Virus record (IMG/VR): IMGVR_UViG_3300026484_000600
From: a virus
Taxonomy: Duplodnaviria; Heunggongvirae; Uroviricota; Caudoviricetes
DNA length: 36,705 nucleotides
Reading direction: 5' to 3' (one strand)
Made by a program: the position numbers and the translations under genes
In this document: piece by piece, positions 33,365-36,705 of the stretch
How the letters are laid out: the number at the start of each line of letters is the position of its first letter
Position numbering within the stretch: position 1 is the first letter of the stretch
Notes under the pieces: model-generated
Told to the model about the DNA's origin: nothing
What the model saw: the letters and a program-made list of their open reading frames with translations, nothing else
Databases searched by the model: none

Positions 33365-33778
33365 CTATAAAATAATAAATCTTTGATTGGTATTTTCACT
33401 TCCCAATCCACCTAATTCTTCTATATATGGACCTACTTTTATAAAATCTAAATGTTTTAAAAATTCGTTACTAAAAAAATCCAATTCAAATCCACTATAT
33501 AAAGCAGTTTTTAAACCTTTATTTTTTATTTTTATTAAATGATTAGTTAATGTACCAATTTCCCATTCACCACCATAAAATAATACGCAAGATATATGTT
33601 TATGTTTTTTTAATAATCTATCTAACTCTTGCTCAGTTAATTCCTTTCCAAAATCTTTTTTATAAGTTTCTTGAGAATGACAACCATTACATCTTAATGG
33701 GCAGCCACTTATAGAAAGTGCTAGAGATATTTCTCCAGGCACTTCTTGTAATACTTCTTGAGGGTAACTATAAAACAT
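33365..33778 (-). CDS. nrdG: anaerobic RNR activating radical SAM protein
   Basis: SGCPLRCNGCHS (CxxxCxxC), FYGGEW, IKVGPYIEELGGL. Confidence 0.92.
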   Translation of the reverse strand: MFYSYPQEVLQEVPGEISLALSISGCPLRCNGCHSQETYKKDFGKELTEQELDRLLKKHKHISCVLFYGGEWEIGTLTNHLIKIKNKGLKTALYSGFELDFFSNEFLKHLDFIKVGPYIEELGGLGSENTNQRFIIL

Positions 33779-33939
33779 TATTTACTACTCGGATAGTTTG
33801 GTTTAATATTTGCTGGTTTGTCTGGTTTAATATCGTATTTTGTTACAACTTTTTTAGTATCTCTTTTATCATAATGTACCACTTCGCCTGCAACTAAATA
33901 TATGTTTAATATGCTTAATATTAAAATAATTTTTTTCAT
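33778..33939 (-). CDS. 53-aa signal-peptide-bearing peptide between nrdD and nrdG (not in ORF track)
   Basis: MKKIILILSILNIYLVAGEVVHYDKRDTKKVVTKYDIKPDKPANIKPNYPSSK; GGGAG RBS; TAA overlaps nrdG ATG. Confidence 0.65.
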   Translation of the reverse strand: MKKIILILSILNIYLVAGEVVHYDKRDTKKVVTKYDIKPDKPANIKPNYPSSK

Positions 33940-33956
33940 CTTAATTCTCCCTAATT

Positions 33957-35762
33957 TTATTGTTTGTTATAATGTCTTAAATTATGTTCTTTTTGTCTTG
34001 CTTCTGAAAAAGCGGAAACTCTTTTCAAATAACCAATAACTCTTGTTCCATGATCTACATTTTTTGTACCACATTTCGGACATTCATATAAAGTTCTTTT
34101 ATCAATATTATCACATTCATTACAAATAGTGATTTTAATATTAAAACAAAAATAATCACACCCTTCGATTGCTGCTACATCCAATAATTTTTTAAAAGCC
34201 TCTTTAGATGGAATTTCCTCTAGATTACAATGATAAGCACTACCACCATCTAGATATTGCATAAATTCTTTACCATGTAACTCAAATTTTTCAGTTACAG
34301 AAATATTATCATCTTCTACTAAATACATATAAGAGTTATAACAATCTCTTGGTACTTTATATCCATCTTTTTTATCCCATTTAGCATTTTTAACACCTAA
34401 ATTTTCAGCTGGTACAAATTCAGTATTAAATTTATAACCTGTAATTTTACTCATTTTTGTATTTTCGTCAGCTATAGTTTTTAATAACTTAGAAGCAAAA
34501 TCCATGTACTCGTCATTAACAGATATTTCCATACCTAAAAACTCTGCTGCTTCTACCAACCCATTAATACCAATAGTTAAAAATTGTTTATCTAATGTAA
34601 TAAAACCTGCATCAAATACTGGCAATAATCCTACTTTTTGATATCTTTCTACTAAATGTCTATAACCAATTTGATATTTATGAATTTTTTGAGTTTGTTC
34701 TTTAATTGCTTCGAAAATATCTTTTTTATCATTAATAGCATCTTGAATTAATCTATTCAAATTCATAGTGATAACATTAATTGAACCAGTACTTACACCT
34801 CCAGCACCTAATGAATAACTAAAATCATTCATTTGATCAGATACATCATTCTTGAGTCTGCAGCATGAACTGAGAGCATGAGCATTTTCAGACATAAAGA
34901 TAAAGAATGAATTACCCTCTGATAATTCCTCTGTTAAATGATCTTCAAATTCTTTATCTACCATAGTCTTACCATCTGTTAAACATGCAGCAGTAACTAC
35001 CGGATAAGTAAGAATAGCTTTTGTTCTTTCATTATTAAACCATTTCATAAAAAATCTTTGTAATTTATCTAAGCTTTCATAATTTGGTTTTGTCATATCC
35101 GGAAATACAAAATCACCAAACATTGCTTCAAAATATGGTTTATCATAAATACTAATATTCCAAAAAACACTTTGGTATCCTCTTGCAGCTGCTGGCTGAT
35201 TTAATGAATAAACAACATGTTGTAATGCTTCTTGAATTTCTTTAGTGTGAGTTTTTAAATAATCATCACCAAAATCTTTTTTGGCAAAATGATCAAAATA
35301 CATTAACCATTCTACTGTTGCAACTGCTCCAGCAAATTGTGCAGCTGTTGCATATACGAAATTGATAAATGATCCACAGAAAGATGCTAAATGTTCTGGA
35401 GCTTTTGATTCTCCACCTAATTTTGTTACACCATCTAGTAAAAATGGATACATTGTTACTGATACACAATATGGTTTTAATGAAGTTTCATCATGTGTAT
35501 AAATTTCATGATTATTTAATTGTTCTATATAACTATAAGAAAAATCCTCTCCATATAAATTTTCTAGTTCTTTTCTTAATAATTCTCTATTTACTTGAAT
35601 AAATTCTTGTTTCATTAATTCCGATTCCATCGTAGCAATATTTTTACTCGATACATTAGCATTGGCGTCAAATTGTGATCCCTCTGCTGCGTTAGACGAA
35701 TTGATATAATTCTCAATGAAATTAATTTTATTGTGTATTTGTGCTCTGGTTAGTTCTGTCAT
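33957..35762 (-). CDS. nrdD: class III anaerobic ribonucleoside-triphosphate reductase
   Basis: YTHD, PYCV, LSSCCRL, C-terminal CNEC/CPKC and glycyl radical TRVIGYL; start moved to ATG 35762 (GGGAG RBS). Confidence 0.95.
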   Translation of the reverse strand: MTELTRAQIHNKINFIENYINSSNAAEGSQFDANANVSSKNIATMESELMKQEFIQVNRELLRKELENLYGEDFSYSYIEQLNNHEIYTHDETSLKPYCVSVTMYPFLLDGVTKLGGESKAPEHLASFCGSFINFVYATAAQFAGAVATVEWLMYFDHFAKKDFGDDYLKTHTKEIQEALQHVVYSLNQPAAARGYQSVFWNISIYDKPYFEAMFGDFVFPDMTKPNYESLDKLQRFFMKWFNNERTKAILTYPVVTAACLTDGKTMVDKEFEDHLTEELSEGNSFFIFMSENAHALSSCCRLKNDVSDQMNDFSYSLGAGGVSTGSINVITMNLNRLIQDAINDKKDIFEAIKEQTQKIHKYQIGYRHLVERYQKVGLLPVFDAGFITLDKQFLTIGINGLVEAAEFLGMEISVNDEYMDFASKLLKTIADENTKMSKITGYKFNTEFVPAENLGVKNAKWDKKDGYKVPRDCYNSYMYLVEDDNISVTEKFELHGKEFMQYLDGGSAYHCNLEEIPSKEAFKKLLDVAAIEGCDYFCFNIKITICNECDNIDKRTLYECPKCGTKNVDHGTRVIGYLKRVSAFSEARQKEHNLRHYNKQ

Positions 35763-35913
35763 TTTTTTTTGTTCTCCCTTTTTGTTAATTTGTGGTATTT
35801 TATTTATAGAGTTATACATTTTAATATTAAAAAAAATGTATAATATTATAAATAATTACATATATCTATAAATAATTATAGATAATTAATGATAAAAAAT
35901 TAAAGGACATTAT

Positions 35914-36099
35914 ATGATTGAACTTGATAACAAACAATATTTTTCTGCAAAAGAAACTGCAGAAAAATTAGGAGTCACAATTGGTAGAATAGCCCAATTA
36001 CGAAAAAGTGGACAATTAAAAGCTATTAAAGTAAGCGAAAGAAAATTTTTATTTTCTGAACAAGCAATAAAAGATTATATTCTATTTAGTGTATTTTAA
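35914..36099 (+). CDS. helix-turn-helix (excisionase/HTH_17-like) DNA-binding protein
   Basis: FSAKETAEKLGVTIGRIAQLRKSGQLKAIKV. Confidence 0.85.
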   Translation: MIELDNKQYFSAKETAEKLGVTIGRIAQLRKSGQLKAIKVSERKFLFSEQAIKDYILFSVF

Positions 36100-36144
36100 A
36101 CAAGTGTTTTAATTACTTGTAATTAATATCATTTAATAATAATT

Positions 36145-36458
36145 TCAATAGTAATCACTTACTCTGAGGAACGAGGCTTTTGTTTTGAATTTCGGAAATC
36201 CGACTCCGTTGTATTTTCCATCATAAAATTTTTTGAGAGCTTTTTTCATTGATTTGGATGATTCCTGGATCATCCCGGTATGGAGTTTAAATCCTCTAGC
36301 TTTCAACTCATCAATCTCTGTTTTTTGGAGATATCTTCAATCTTCATAACAAGAGTATAGTTCTAAGCTTGGTTTGACAGGAAAAAATGAAGATCAAGGA
36401 GTTCTTCTTGAGATTTCGTCGGATATAATCTGTACTTGTAATTTTGATAAAATTCCAA
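36145..36458 (-). pseudogene. tnpB: truncated IS200/IS605/IS607-family tnpB remnant
   Basis: AAGGAG RBS, TTG start, YKYRLYPTKSQ...F; TAG at 36363-36365 where W is expected; frameshift near T-run 36321-36326; ends shortly after GFPKFK. Confidence 0.85.
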
Positions 36459-36554
36459 TTTGAACTCCTTTAATTACTTTATACTGAAAATCTATTTTTT
36501 ATTTGGTTTTTTGTATAATTATAGTTGTATTTTACATTAAATTGTTGATTTCCT

Positions 36555-36595
36555 GCCTATCCATCCCGCCCTTCAGGGCGAGGTCTTTCGGCTAG
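36555..36595. mobile_element. IS200/IS605-type end hairpin upstream of tnpB
   Basis: ctatccatcccgcccttcagggcgaggtctttcgg; cgccc/gggcg stem 36567-36580. Confidence 0.65.
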
Positions 36596-36630
36596 GTCGG
36601 GCAAAATACTTATTACAAAAAAGGGGAAAT

Positions 36631-36705
36631 ATGTCATATTTATTAGTACAAACATATTTAATTTTTCTTATCGGTGTAATGATAAGTTCAGGGATTATGA
36701 AAAAA
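36631..36705 (+). CDS. partial ORF with hydrophobic N-terminus, runs off window
   Basis: MSYLLVQTYLIFLIGVMISSGIMKK; AAGGGG RBS. Confidence 0.55.
   Translation, partial: MSYLLVQTYLIFLIGVMISSGIMKK

Noticed and set aside
1498-35602. Antisense or out-of-frame ORFs in the track (1498, 2525, 4339, 5045, 5614, 5696, 9650, 11983, 12587, 14047, 14888, 15859, 18693, 24402, 24978, 26931, 28395, 30703, 35369)
   Set aside because: They overlap well-supported genes or promoters, lack RBSs and have shadow-frame composition
35914-36099. HTH gene as excisionase marking an integrated prophage boundary
   Set aside because: No integrase or att site in the window; HTH_17 proteins are common stand-alone regulators
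1-36705. tRNA or rRNA genes
   Set aside because: No cloverleaf with T-loop GTTCRA and D-loop motifs found by eye; a tRNAscan-SE run would be decisive

Overview
Very AT-rich 36.7 kb segment that reads as the accessory/early region of a large T4-like (jumbo) phage or phage-plasmid. It carries rIIA, rIIB, nrdB, nrdD, nrdG, a sigma-factor-like gene, Sir2, Nudix, GNAT-like, SprT, AAA, GGDEF, DEDDh and HEPN genes, and a tnpB remnant. No structural gene is recognisable, so the phage call is an inference; a Campylobacterota-like host is only a weak guess. Two architectures dominate. (1) 21 sigma70-type promoters (TTGACw-N17-TATAAT) drive one- to few-gene cassettes, many sharing a quasi-palindromic TATGTTATAATATGGCATAATTAA core. 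(2) Four Rep_3-family plasmid replication initiator paralogs lie within 12 kb. Three sit behind their own sequence-distinct iteron array with the same 22/32-bp spacing, an inverted iteron at the start/RBS and a shared distal box. Two identical 84-bp boxes bracket a 2,076-bp rep+ori+GNAT unit that could excise as a mini-plasmid. All analysis was by eye; no database searches were run.
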